A stretch of 64,000 nt of DNA from Octopus sinensis. Its lineage: Eukaryota. Shown here one piece after another: positions 1 to 14,447 of this stretch. The notes below the pieces were generated by a model that saw only the letters and a list, made by a program, of their open reading frames with translations, made no database searches and was not told where the DNA came from. The stretch's first letter is position 1; each line of letters begins with the position of its first letter. The stretch lies in assembly GCF_006345805.1 (NCBI RefSeq), contig NW_021832258.1, positions 1 to 64,000 of the forward strand, read 5' to 3'. A program made the translations under genes and the position numbers.

Positions 1-99
1 AACCTATACTAGATAATATATATATATGTGTGTGTATATACATATATTTATACATTACATATGCATTCACACACACACACACACACCACACACACACAT

Positions 100-151
<52 letters not shown>

Positions 152-1084
152 GTACTCTATTGTGCTCGCCTCGCACATCGCCATATATTATACACAAGTG
201 TAAACAAACATTCCGATGAACGAAACAACATGTATAAATATATTCTAGAAACCACACACAGATACACATCTACATAGACATATAGAGAGACAGACACTCA
301 CACACATTTACACACACATAATACATACAGAGCAGGTGGAACGCTTACAACTAAATTATTGACACAATTGCGATTTTGTACGGTATCACCTGTTTAATAG
401 AATATCGTCTCTGCTTCTATAATATATAGAATACGAAATATCAACGGTAGACGTACATAAGTGGACACACACACACACACGCACACGCATTAATTTGTGT
501 GCATATATATTGTATGTATGTATGTATGTATGTATGTATGTATGTATGTAGTATGTATGTATGTATGTATGTATGTATGTATGTATGTTTGTATGTATGT
601 ATGTATATATATATATATATTATATATAGATATATAATAATCTGTAGATAATATATACGAGGTGTGTATGAAAAGTCTTGAGCCTCAAAAAACAAAACAT
701 GGTACAAGAAGGTATAAGATTTCAAGGCTAAAAACTTATCAGATATGTATATATATATTTATATATATATATGCATACATATGCGTGTGTGTGTGTGTGT
801 GTGGTAAAATGAATTCACTGATACATGTTTCTATAGACATATCGCTTACGTGTACACACACCTACGCACATACGTATACAAATACTTATGTACAGATATA
901 TATGCCTACCTATCTACACATGTACATATATATATATACATGTATAGGTCCATACATACATAAATTCATGCGTATGTATATTCATACATACATTCTTACA
1001 CATACATACATACATGAATACATACATGAATACATACATACATACATACATACATACATACATACATACAAAAAAAGAGGACAT

Positions 1085-1300
1085 TTATGGACAATTGATT
1101 GGGAGTTTTCAAATTCAGTATCCCAGATTCACTTTTAGTTTCATGCCCATTATTATTGGAGCAACAGGGTACATACCAACTCGTCTGGAATAAAGTATAA
1201 CTGATGTTGGGATCTTGAGAAGAGAACCCAAATCCTTTATTCATATGCTACATATCAAGGGTAATAAAAATCTGCAAGGCCTTCTTAAATCTTAAAGGAT
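1085..1300 (+). mobile_element. Degenerate C-terminal remnant of an REL-type (R4/Dong-like) non-LTR retrotransposon ORF
   Basis: Translates to ...FMPIIIGATGYIPTRLE*SITDVGILRRE..., resembling the PIVIGALG.IP C-terminal motif of REL-endonuclease LINEs. A related extreme C-terminus (TMKICKTFLAF) lies at ~41220-41270. Confidence 0.45.
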
Positions 1301-1567
1301 ACTCAACAAACCTGATGCTTTCCTTCACAACATTGCTTCCAAGTAGGTGGTTGGTTAAATTTTACTCTAAATTAAAAAGAGAACATACACACGCGTACTC
1401 ATAAATACATATACTAAAGATTATACGTATTCTACAAGGAAGATACACGTCTACGCACATATTCATGCATACATAGATACATAGAGGCTTAAATAATACA
1501 AACATACGTGCACACAGAGAATTCATTTAACTGACAAGATAAACAGATCCACCTTTGCACTAACATA

Positions 1568-2108
1568 TACGAAGTTTGATCAAAAAGGATCTAGTGCTGC
1601 AAAAGGAAAACACAACATATCAATTTGGCATTTAATCTCTTTCGAAGTAGACCCCTGCTGAATTCGAACACTTTATCTAGGTGTCGTTTCCATTGATTGA
1701 AGTTTACTGGAATTCCTTTTTTGGGATACCGAGCAGCTGACTCGTTGCATTTTATTGGGTTTCAACGACGTCTTAAAATCTTGTTTCCTTCAAGTAGGAT
1801 TTGATTTCTGCCTTCGTTTCGGGCTCGCGGTCATAACCCCACAATTCTTCATCCGTTATGGTTCTTTTCAAAATGTTTTCGTTTTCCATGACACAACCAA
1901 AGAGACCCTGCGTGATTGAAACCCGGTCTTCTTTTTGAGACGTTCTCACTCTACACACTTTACTCCCAGACTCTGCTATTAACAACGGATGTGAGCAAGA
2001 ACGTTGTAACTTAGTGTGCATGCACGACAGAGTTCAAGGTCATTATGTGCCAAGTGTCTTTTCTGTTACTATACCAACAATCTTGATACCCTTTAATCAG
2101 ACCTCCTG
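1568..2108 (-). mobile_element. Internally deleted mariner element with diverged TIRs
   Basis: The minus strand encodes QKEDRVSITQGL..ENENILKRTITDEELWGYDREPETKAE (mariner first catalytic-D region) and a C-terminal IPKKEFQ..QWKRHLDK..YFE-like segment. Ends tacgaagtttgatcaaaaaggatc (1568-1591) and the reverse complement of 2085-2108 match at 16/24. Confidence 0.75.
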
Positions 2109-2389
2109 TGCACACATGCGTACACAAATGTACGCATCTTAAAATGAGTTTCTCTTGATTTGGAATTCCATTTTCACTTAATATTTTATGCAGTCAGTCT
2201 GCTCAAAGTATGTCGTCAGGTGAAACATTATGTCCCGTTCCTTTCAACACGATCTTCACAATAAATTTGACTGTACTCTCAGGGTAGTGTAGCTTACACC
2301 GGAAAGTGGTCGGTTGTTATTTTGCTACTCTTAAAATAACTGTCATTTAACATGCACGCACAAATGTATAAGCATGGATGTCTCTATAC

Positions 2390-2468
<79 letters not shown>

Positions 2469-2525
2469 TACATACATACATACATACATACAACAGTGCG
2501 TACGTGAGTGAGTGAGTGAGTGTGT

Positions 2526-2556
<31 letters not shown>

Positions 2557-2810
2557 CAAGAAGAAAAATGCACAGAATGTAAATATTATATTTTCATGAG
2601 GTAAAATGCTTACATAGTCAACCGGTTTCGCTTTCGCTTATCATGACTATGAAATTAGTGAAAATATTACAATTTTATGGTATCATAAGATGCCTTTGCT
2701 TTAATAGTAGTTATACTGACTCCAGAACTTAGCTGGTATTTTAGTTTATCGACTTTTGGATGGTTGAATTTAGCTGATTTCATTAGAATTATTTTTCCCA
2801 CTTCGGGACT

Positions 2811-2918
2811 TTTAGATGGAAATAATTTACATTTGTAAGTAATTTCTTCCGCATCTATTTACATTTTAGATGGAAATAATTTACATTTGTAAGTAATTTC
2901 TTCCGCATCTATTTACAT
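2811..2918. repeat. Exact 54-bp tandem duplication
   Basis: tttagatggaaataatttacatttgtaagtaatttcttccgcatctatttacat occurs at 2811-2864 and 2865-2918. Confidence 0.92.
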
Positions 2919-3439
2919 TTTACACATTGGCGAGGGAAATTTTGTTGAAAAATCGAATGGATAATCTCGATCAACCGGAATCCGTTTCGAAATTTTAATT
3001 TTATCTTCTACACATCCACTGGCGATGTTTGGTTTTTACTTCATTGTGAAAAGTACAATAAAAGAGGGAAGAGCGAGTAAGAATTTTTAAAAATGTGAAT
3101 TACAAATATTTCAGAATGTGGAATACAATGAAATAGCAGATGATTACGATAAAGACGAACAATTTTAGCGGTTGTTTCTCTTCAAAAGGCACGATGAGCG
3201 TGTCTGTGAGTGTTGGGCAGGGTGGGGTGGGGGAAGTTGTGGATCAGATAAACATTTAAAAGACTATGATTTTTAAAATTCTTGTTTAAGAAGGCTTTCC
3301 TTCATTGCTTTGCAATGCATGAAAAGAAAAGAGAAAATCCCGACAAAATCGGGGTCAAATGAAGAGGGTCGTGGAAAACTGGCGTATAATATGAAATTAA
3401 CAAAACTTGACTGAATCTAAAAACTCAACATAAAATATT

Positions 3440-3600
3440 CTACGTTATTTACATTATTTATATCATTTACATTATTTACATTCGAAGGATATTTGTCTTC
3501 ATCTTGTTTGTTGTTAACACAATGTTTCGGCTGATATACCCTCAAGCTTTCATCAGGTGTCTTGGGGAAATTTTGAACCTGGGTTCTCATTCCTAAGGTA
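3440..3600 (-). mobile_element. Penelope-like terminal (pLTR) fragment with hammerhead-like motif
   Basis: The minus strand reads GACAC-CTGATGA-A-AGCTT..CAGCC-GAA-ACAT-T-GTGTT at 3561-3516. A second copy of the same family lies at ~30900-31065. Confidence 0.65.
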
Positions 3601-3604
3601 TATT

Positions 3605-3635
<31 letters not shown>

Positions 3636-3673
3636 GTATTATTATATTATTACTATTTTTATTATATTTATTA

Positions 3674-3715
<42 letters not shown>

Positions 3716-4027
3716 GTTTGGACTTGCTTTATATTTGTACAAGTTGGCTCCAAGTCTCACCCGGAGACCTCAAGAGACAACAGGTTGGAAATTCACGTTG
3801 TTGTTATGCCTAGTATGCCATATATTTGGTTGTTTTTTGTGTTGTACTAGTAGATGTCTAAAAAAAAATGTTTGTTTTAAACCTTGAGGTTACATAGAAA
3901 GTATTTTGCATAGGATATGAGCAGTTCCCATGGGTACTATCTTTTGAATTTCTGCCATTTTTGGGTTTCCTGGTATCTGAGTTAGGTAGCAATCAGCCCC
4001 TTTTGCTATCATTCCCAGGGCACCCAT
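3716..4027 (-). mobile_element. 3' end of R4/Dong-like LINE with (TAA)n tail
   Basis: The minus strand encodes MGALGMIAKGADCYLTQIPGNPKMAEIQKIVPMGTAHILCKILSM* (Dong/R4-type C-terminus), followed by a 3' UTR that runs into (TAA)n at 3715-3600. Confidence 0.75.
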
Positions 4028-4143
4028 TCTTCTTCTTCTTCTTCTTCTTCTTCTTCTTCTTCTTCTTCTTCTTCTTCTTCTTCTTCTTCTTCTTCTTCTT
4101 CTTCTTCTTCTTCTTCTTCTTCTTCTTCTTTTCTTATTATGAG

Positions 4144-4184
<41 letters not shown>

Positions 4185-4189
4185 ATGAT

Positions 4190-4290
4190 TATTCAGGTCA
4201 CTGCCTGGAATCGAGCTTGGAATCTTAGGGTTAGCTCGCGCTCTTAATCACTATGCCATATACCGAAAATTCCGAGTTCGATTCCAGACA
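4190..4290 (-). mobile_element. tRNA-derived SINE head(s), back-to-back
   Basis: The minus strand has an A-box-like TGGCATAGTGA and a B-box-like AGCTCGATTCC. A second B-box-like GAGTTCGATTCC on the plus strand gives a 17/19 inverted repeat (4204-4222 / 4269-4287). Confidence 0.5.
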
Positions 4291-4302
4291 GTAACAGAAT
4301 AA

Positions 4303-4334
<32 letters not shown>

Positions 4335-4466
4335 TAATAATAATAATAATTAATAATGATGATAATATAATAATAATAATAATAATGATAATAAAAATAA
4401 AAAAAAAAAAAATAATAATAATAATAATAATAATAACAACAACAACAACAACAACAACAATAATAA

Positions 4467-5026
4467 TAGATACCCTGATGCAGTACCAGGCAGTGGCTTT
4501 CATGGCTTCTGATCTTAACTGATTGGATGTGTTATCATGTACATTGTTTTGTCTTGGTATAAAAGATGGGCTACAGCAAATATTCTGCTCAATACCACAG
4601 ATTTTCTTGTCAGTTGTTTAACCATAACCAGTTGACCATGTCCCTTAGTGGCTGACGATATGTACATCTCTGATCACAAGCAGAAGTAGTGGGAGAGTAT
4701 CATAGCCATGTGTTGAAAGGAATTCTTAGAGGTTTGAATAATTCACCTTTGGAAACATGGGTGTTTCGTTCAACATCCTTAAAGAATCCTTATTCAAGGA
4801 CCTTTTGAGCGGGATGGGCTACTCAACCAGAAGAAAATTCTAATTGGGCTCCACCTGCAAGGTCATGTGCTGTTTATCTTGATATGAGATCACTATGTCG
4901 CGCACATATGGTTGTGATGCATGTGCGTAGTGCACCCTTATAAGACGGGTAGTCATGATGGGTATACTGGGGCTTCGTATATTTTACCCCAGTGTCACTT
5001 TGATGGCATGCACTGCTCTCTCACTC
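4467..5026 (+). mobile_element. ~560-bp non-coding interspersed element (family C), flanked by (TAA)n on both sides
   Basis: Aligns along its whole length with the reverse complement of 10996-11550. Partial copies at 31378-31650 and 60750-60982. No ORF or pol III boxes seen; orientation is arbitrary. Confidence 0.85.
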
Positions 5027-5074
5027 AATAATGATGATAATAATAATAATAATAATAAAATAATAATAATAATA

Positions 5075-5125
<51 letters not shown>

Positions 5126-5764
5126 TAATAATAATAATAATAATAATTAATATTATTATTATTATTATAATCAGTCTCTTTGTTATTAAAGTATGTTAGC
5201 ATACTATATAAGAACTCAGTACTTGAGAAACTAGACGTAAATCAGTTTTTTATTCAGTAATGGCTGACAGAGACCCAGTTCTGTTTCGACCTTTATGGTT
5301 TGTTTCAAAACCAATAACATGTTATCGGCTTTGGAAGAAGAAAAAAATACTTTAACATATAAATCTTTAAGCTGCACAAACAATCATATCACAAACATAT
5401 ACATTAGTAAACAGATTCATAGGTAATAGTGTAACTATGTAGGTATAAATATGTTTATCTCTCACTTTCTCTCTCTCTAGGAATCTAACACACACACACA
5501 TACATACATTCATACATACATACATATATATGTATAACATATATACATATATATATAGATACATGATCTATATATATATATTATATATTATATATATATA
5601 TATATATATAGATATATATAATATATATCTATATGGAATATATGCTATATAATATATATATATTTAAATATTATATGTCTATATATATATGCATATATAT
5701 ATGGAATTATGTATGAATGTATGTTTATATATATACATACATACATATATATATATAATATATA

Positions 5765-5868
<104 letters not shown>

Positions 5869-6002
5869 CATCATTCATATTTGTACACACTTGTTTTTTT
5901 AAAAGCGTGAAATAAGATTCCCTTCTTGCATACATTCATAAATATGTTTGCATATACACACATATACACACACACACACCATTATATATGCATATGTATA
6001 AT

Positions 6003-6085
<83 letters not shown>

Positions 6086-6649
6086 TGTGTGTGCGTCCGC
6101 GCATACACGAAGTTATACTAACACACTAGGGTGGAAAAGAAAAGAGAGAGTGTGAGATCATAAATGTTAAGCAGCTGTTTCATGATTTTTCAGTTTATTA
6201 TTAAGGAAGGACAAGACACAGATATTAAGTGTCGTAAAACAGGAAATTACATTTCTCAGACTTTACTATTTCATGAAGTCAACTGATTCGACGAATTTTA
6301 TGGATCTCCTCTTTTATTCATTCATTTATCTATTTATCTATCTATTTATGTCTATATTTATTTATTTATTTATTTATTTATTTATGCATTTATTTATTTA
6401 TTTAGCGGTGGACACAGAAGATGGTGTAGAGTGAGAAAAATTATTTTGATGGTACAACCTGCTGATGGTACTGGTGCTGCTGCTCCTGTTGATGATGATG
6501 ATGATGATGATGATGACGACGACGCCGACGATGTGAATAATGATGCTGATATGACGACGACGATGATGATGATGGTGATGATGCTGATGATAATGATGAC
6601 GATGGTGATGATGATCATGATCATGACCGTTGTCACCACCACCACCACC

Positions 6650-6683
<34 letters not shown>

Positions 6684-6864
6684 TCATTGTCATCATCATC
6701 ATCATCAACATCATCATTACCATTCTAGTAGTGGTGTTCTATTGTCTATGTCGAATCTTATCGTGTTGTCTTTATTGAAAGAAGTTCCATAACCCGGCGA
6801 CCGGGCGTGGCTTCTGCAGCGAGAGCTTCTCGCCATTATCTTCAGCAATATTTTTGCAATCAAA

Positions 6865-7129
6865 GGCGGTGAGCTGGCAGAAACGTTAACACGCCAGGAA
6901 AAATCTTAGCAATATTTCATCTGTCTTTACATTCTGAGTTCAAATTCCACCGAGGTCGACTTTGCCTTTCATCCTTTCAAAATCGATGAATTAAATACTA
7001 GTTTTGTACAGGGGTCGATCTGATCGACTGGCCCCCTTCTCCAAAATTTCGGTCCTTGTCCCTAGAGTAGAAAAAAATCGACTGGCCCTCTTCCCCAAAA
7101 TTTCGGTCCTTGTCCCTAGAGTAGAAAAA
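6865..7129 (+). mobile_element. tRNA-derived SINE (family A) with perfect 18-bp TSD
   Basis: Head ggcggtgagctggcagaaacgttaac and B-box GAGTTCAAATTCC. TSD aatatttttgcaatcaaa at 6847-6864 and 7130-7147. A 54-bp tail segment is duplicated (7023/7077). Confidence 0.9.
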
Positions 7130-7254
7130 AATATTTTTGCAATCAAATGGTTAAGCATGCCATTTGTCTACAACCCATTACTCACTTCTTCCCCCACCTT
7201 CATCACACCATTTTTCGTTTTCTTTGTATCCTTGACCCTAGTACTTATTTATTT

Positions 7255-7865
7255 TGCATCGTTTTCTATCCAAACTGCTCCAGCCTTTGAAACGTCATCC
7301 TTGCTGTATATGGCCGACCATTATTATCCCCATGGAAGGACACATTTCGTCTTGAAACCAAAGAAGGGCGTTTTTCTTCGAGCGTAGGTGTCGATGGATA
7401 GTTGAATGACCAAATCCAAGCTTCTCTGCTAGTTCTTCAACAGTTACGATGGGAGTTTGTTCCATCAGGTTTTGCAGGACGTCTTCGTCGAGCTCTACAG
7501 ATCTTCCAGAACGAGGACCATCTTCTTGGCTGTAGTTTCCGGCTCGGAATTTCTGGAACCACCATTGACACTGGCTTAAACTTATTGTCCAGTTCCCATA
7601 TACTGCATTAATATTCTTCGCTCTTTCCGTTGCGCTGTTGCCCTTATTGAACTCATAAAACAAAATATGCTGAATATGCTCCTTTATCACTTTCATTTTA
7701 GCTTCGAAAAAATAACTGTACTCTTCAAAACTTGCACTAAGAATAAATACAAGGTAAAATTACTACTTTCTGTTATAGCACGTTGATGCAGGTAGTTTAT
7801 CCCGCCCTCCTCCGACTTTTAGTTCATGCAATTGTAAAAACAGCATTATTTATGGGATGACCCAA
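7255..7865 (-). mobile_element. Truncated, internally deleted mariner (Hsmar1-like) element
   Basis: TIR-like ttgggtcatcccataaataatgctg starts at 7865, with TA at 7866-7867. ORF 7696-7381 encodes the mariner HTH region (EFNKGNSA..WFQKFRAGNYS.ED.PRSGR..STIHRHL), fused to a FHGDNNGRPYTARMT remnant (HQDNARPH motif). Confidence 0.88.
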
Positions 7866-7918
7866 TAATACAACAACGACAACCACTCCTACTGCTGCTA
7901 CTACTAATGCCACTGCTG

Positions 7919-7976
<58 letters not shown>

Positions 7977-8364
7977 CATCGCCAACGCCAGTTAGTACTT
8001 AGCATTGGAGTACTTCATTTATTACTGGTATTGATTCGACTCTCACGTCACGCATTTTGCTCATTTCAGTTTGAAATATTCTTGCTTCTTGACAGTTTCG
8101 TCACTCACTTCTGGACAATGTTTTGCTCGTCTCTCAACAAGCAGTCATCTGCGTTGTTCCTTTGCTTTTTTTTATTCTTTTGCTTTTAAATGTTTACTTC
8201 TCCCCCCCCCCATTCTCAGTTTGAACAGTCATGGCCATCCCAAGCGATTCTGATTGAGCCGTTGTCAAACAAAGTGATATATTCGATTAGTTTCAGTCAT
8301 CGGACTGTGCCATGCTGGGAGCAGTGCCTCAAGGGACTAGTTGAAGAAATTGATCGCAGTAATT

Positions 8365-8410
<46 letters not shown>

Positions 8411-8669
8411 AAGATAGGTACTTATTGTGTCAGATACTTCTGCCGAACCGCTAGATTACGGGCATGTAAACAAAGCAACATTGGTGGTTGTGGTGCAACA
8501 AAAACAAACACAATGACACACAAATATATAGATACTTACATAAATGTACACATAGATACATACATACATACATAAAACACACATACATACATACATACAT
8601 ACATACATACATACATAATACACACATGCATAAATACATGCATACATGTATACATACATACATGCATGC

Positions 8670-9430
8670 ATACTCCACCACCACCACCGCCATCATCCCC
8701 CCACCACAACCACCGCTATCATCACCACCAAAACCACCACCCCACGACCACCACCGCTATCATCACCACCAACCCTCCCCGCCAACCCCCCCACCGCCAT
8801 GATCACCTCCAAAACCACCACAGTTCCACCACCGCCATCATCACCACCAAAACCACCACCCTACCACCCCACCACCCTACCACCCACCACCACCGCCATC
8901 ATCACCACCGCCATCATCACCATCGCCATCTCACCACCAAAACCTCCACCCCACGACCACTACCGCTATCATCACCACCAAAACCACCCCCGCCAACCCC
9001 ACCACCATCCCTCCACTAAAACCACCACCCCACCACAACTACCGCCATTATCACCACCAAAACCACCACAGTACCACAACCGCCACCATCATCACCACCA
9101 AAACCACCACCCCACCACAACCACCACCAAAATCACCCCCATCATCACTACGAAAACCTCCACCCCACCGCCACAACCACCACCACTGTCACCACCACCA
9201 CCACCTCCATCACTGTCACCATCATCACCACCACTGTCATCACCACCACCACCACTACCATTGTCACCACCTCTACCACTGTCACCACCATCACCAATAC
9301 CACAAACTCTACCACCGTCACCACCACTACCACCACCACCACCACCACCACCATCACTACCGCCACCTCTACCACCACCACTTCTACCACCACCACTTCT
9401 ACCAGTCTCCACCACCACCACCTCCACTAC
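8670..9430. repeat. Cryptic (CCA)/(CAT) trinucleotide low-complexity tract
   Basis: Degenerate CCA/CAT/ACC repeats give Pro-, His- and Thr-rich open frames on the plus strand and Gly/Val-rich frames on the minus strand. Confidence 0.9.
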
Positions 9431-9431
9431 C

Positions 9432-10854
<1,423 letters not shown>

Positions 10855-10886
10855 CTTCATCTTCATCATCATCATCATCGTCATCG

Positions 10887-10945
<59 letters not shown>

Positions 10946-10995
10946 GTCATCGTCATCATCATCATCATCATTATCATCATCATTATCATCATCAT

Positions 10996-11548
10996 GCGAG
11001 AGTAGTGCATTCAATCAAAGCGACACTGGGGTAAAATATACGAAGCCCAGTATACCCATCATGACTACCCATCTGATAAGGGTACACCAGGCACATGCAT
11101 CACAGCCATATGTGCGCAACATAGTGATCTCATATCAAGATAAACAGCGCATGACCTTGCAGGTGGGGCCCAGTAAGAATTCTCTTGTGGTAGAGTAGCC
11201 CATCCCGCTCAAAAGGTCCCTGAATAAGGGTTGTTTAAGGATGTTGAAAGAACCACCCATGTTTCCAGAGGTGAATTATTCAAACCCCAAAGAATCCCTC
11301 TCAACACACGGCTATGATACTTTCCCACTACTTCTGCTCGTGATTATAGATGCACATATCGTCAACCACTAAGGCACATGGTCAACTGGTTAAGGTCAAA
11401 CAAGTGACAAGCAAATCTGTGGTATTGAGCAGAATATTTGCTGTAGCCCATCTTTTATACCAAGACAAAACAAGGTACATGATAACACTTCCAATCAGTT
11501 AAGATCAGAAGCCATGAGAGCCACTGTCTGGTACTGCATCATGTCATC

Positions 11549-11550
<2 letters not shown>
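10996..11550 (-). mobile_element. Family C ~560-bp element, second full copy
   Basis: Reverse complement of 4467-5026, flanked by (ATC/ATT)n and (ATT)n arrays. Confidence 0.85.
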
Positions 11551-11588
<38 letters not shown>

Positions 11589-11671
11589 GTAATTGTTGTT
11601 GTTGTTGTTCTTCTTCTTTTTCTTCTTCTTTTTCTTCTTATCATTATTATTATTATTATTATTATTATTAA

Positions 11672-11725
<54 letters not shown>

Positions 11726-13487
11726 GATCAATAGCTGCAGAACTCCTGTAAAAATTCCAGTCACTTTTACACTTTATGGGCAACCTTTTAGAGTTGATCC
11801 CGTTTGTTCGGTGAAAACTTGTTGAAAATGATAAACCCTCGTGAAACAACTGAAAACTTTTACCAAAGTTTGAAATTATTAGCATTTTCAATACTCTTCA
11901 TCTCATTATTATTTATGATTTCACTGTTGGACTTAACTGGATGGAACCAGAAACTATGAAGTGGCTGCTATCGCTAAATTCCAGGTTTTAGTTGGAACAA
12001 ATGGGAAATACGATAATATTGAAATTATTGCAAAAAAAATGTGTTTTATGTAATACAAAGAATTTGGTTTTTCATATCATACGCCTTTGTCTTTGCACTT
12101 ATATTCATTCATTCAGTCAAACATTTCACAGAATAGCCATATGAAGTACACCAATCGTACAATCCTCAGAAACCATATCAGCATTATCAGACAACCATAC
12201 AACCATAAACGAAGTTAAAACGAAAAATCATATAACGAAATCTAAAAGAAAAAAGAGAGAAATGTAATAGAAAAAAAAAAGATTGTTTCAGAAAACATCC
12301 AAGACTAACAACAACAGCAACAAGAACGACACAAAGAAAATCAATCACTTAAACTAACAAACAAACGAAATATTCGTTTGAGCAAGACAGAAGTTGTAAC
12401 ATGCGGACGAATCTCTGAAAAAAAAATGAAAAGAAAAGAAAAATAAAGAATATAACTAAAAAAATAAAAAAAAATAACCTAAACAATGAAATAATAAGCA
12501 ATAAATACAAAACGGCTGATCTAATCATATGGTCTGCTTCACTCACAAATCCTCATAAAACTTCGATATCTCTCCATCGAAGACTTGTAATCAATAAGAG
12601 AAGAGCATGGAAAAGGGCAGGATCAATACTATCCTCTTCACCATCACCTTTACTATAGCTTCCCCTTCATGATGATGATGATGATGATGATGAAGGTTGA
12701 TAGAAAGACCAAATATGTGGCGGCCCAGACTGGATTTTAATTTAACTAACTTATGGATAGTTGTTCTTCAAACTTTATGTTTCAACTTTTTTATTATTAA
12801 ATGCCGCACAAAAATAATGTTCTCTGTCCATATTCCATTTTCCTATTATTTCTATTTCTAGATTATTGAATTTACAAACTATTTTTTTCCATTCTCTTTC
12901 ATTGATATGCGTTTATCGATTGGACAAGACACGCCAATCGGTGGAAACATTCGAAATCCGGATTCTTTGTGTTCTTTATGACAAGTTTCCATTGTGTGTC
13001 TCCTATCTCTGTTTGTGCGTTGCCTCATATCTCAGACAACATAAAATGCATTGAACTTCTTTCGGAATATATGCATATTTTCATCATGTTCTAATGAATG
13101 TTGCTAACGGCTGTTAATCTCCGGCGAGATTTGAAACCGAAATAATGTGGCGCAGCTATGACTGCTGTTAAGGAACTGAAAATATACTCGAGTTAAAGTT
13201 TTTAAAGACTGGTACTTCATCTGTCTATTTGCCTAACTGCTATGTTACCAGGATATAAGCAATGAGAGAGAAATTACATCAATGTTGTGTAATAGACTCC
13301 TCCGATAACAGGACCACCTCTCCGAAATATTACAGGAACTACTCAGATCCTGTATGAGTTCGAGAGAAATAATTCATCATAGCTGTAATTCATATGTTAC
13401 AATGACTTGGTATCATGTACGATGCTTTTGTTTATTGTTGTAGGTGGCCCGTTAGTCATGTGAAGACATAGCCGAACGGCCCTTTCA

Positions 13488-13831
13488 TTTTTCACCCTGT
13501 GGAACAACGAGGTTTAAAGACCAACTCAAGCGGAACCTGGCTGAAACTAACATCAAACCATCCCCAGGGGAATAGGACAGCCTGGAGGACTGCTGTCCTC
13601 AATAGAGCCAGTACATTCGAGCAGAACAGACTACAGAATGAGAAGGTAAAACCCAAAGAAGAAAGAAACGTCTTCAAGATCAACCCGCAGCGACCATCTT
13701 GTGTGAATTCTGCCCACAACTCTTTCACCACCGACTTGGACTCCAAAATCATATTCGGCACAAACATCAGCCGAGGAGGCTGAATAGAAACTGACGAACT
13801 CAATGTTCGGATACGAGCTGGGGCCGACGAA
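13488..13831 (+). mobile_element. 5'-truncated RTE-clade LINE 3' end between ~244-bp direct repeats
   Basis: Across frameshifts it reads TTRFKDQLKRNLAETNI..DRTAWRTAVLNRASTFEQNR..CEFCPQLFHHRLGLQNHIRHKH (RTE C-terminal C2H2-like motif). Flanks 13244-13487 and 13832-14073 are diverged direct repeats. Confidence 0.8.
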
Positions 13832-14239
13832 GTTACCAGGATATAAACAAAGAGATATAGATTACATCAATGTTGTGTAATAGACTCCTCCGAGAACAGC
13901 ACCTCCTCTCCGAAGTAGTACAGGAACTACACAGATCCTGAATCAGTTTGATAGAAATAATTCATCATAGCTGTCATTCATGTTACAATGACTTGGTATC
14001 ATGTACAATGCTTTTGTTTATTGTTGCAAGTGGCCCGTTAGTCATGTGCAGACATAGCCGAACGGCCCTTTCACAGAGGTACAGTGAGGCTACAGGAAGA
14101 AAGAATTTGTGCAAAATACTCATCCGCTACTCATTTTCAGCCCTGAAAACTAGGTCACATGCCTTATGGTATAATTCACATTGAAAACAGTTCTTATGTT
14201 AATCATTCCTAACGGAGGAAGAAGTACTGCAATTTTGGT

Positions 14240-14447
14240 AAGAGAGAAGTTTGACACCAGTGCTCAACTGGTTCGTATTTTGGCACATGCCCAGCAATTC
14301 TGCGAGTGGGGGTAAGTCGATTACATCTTTATCGACCTCACTTTATCGATGATGGAAGGCATTGTCGACCTCAGAACGTAAAGACAGTCGAAATACCACT
14401 AAGCAGTTTGCTTGGCTCACTAACGATTCGACGAACTCGTCGCCTTA
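14240..14447 (-). mobile_element. Degenerate SINE family A
   Basis: The reverse complement resembles the family A head and body (gtcgacctcagaacgtaaagacagtcgaaatacc). Confidence 0.6.

Noticed and set aside
3215-3233. Canonical G-quadruplex motif GGGCAGGGTGGGGTGGGGG
   Set aside because: It is isolated, with no promoter or gene context to give it meaning.
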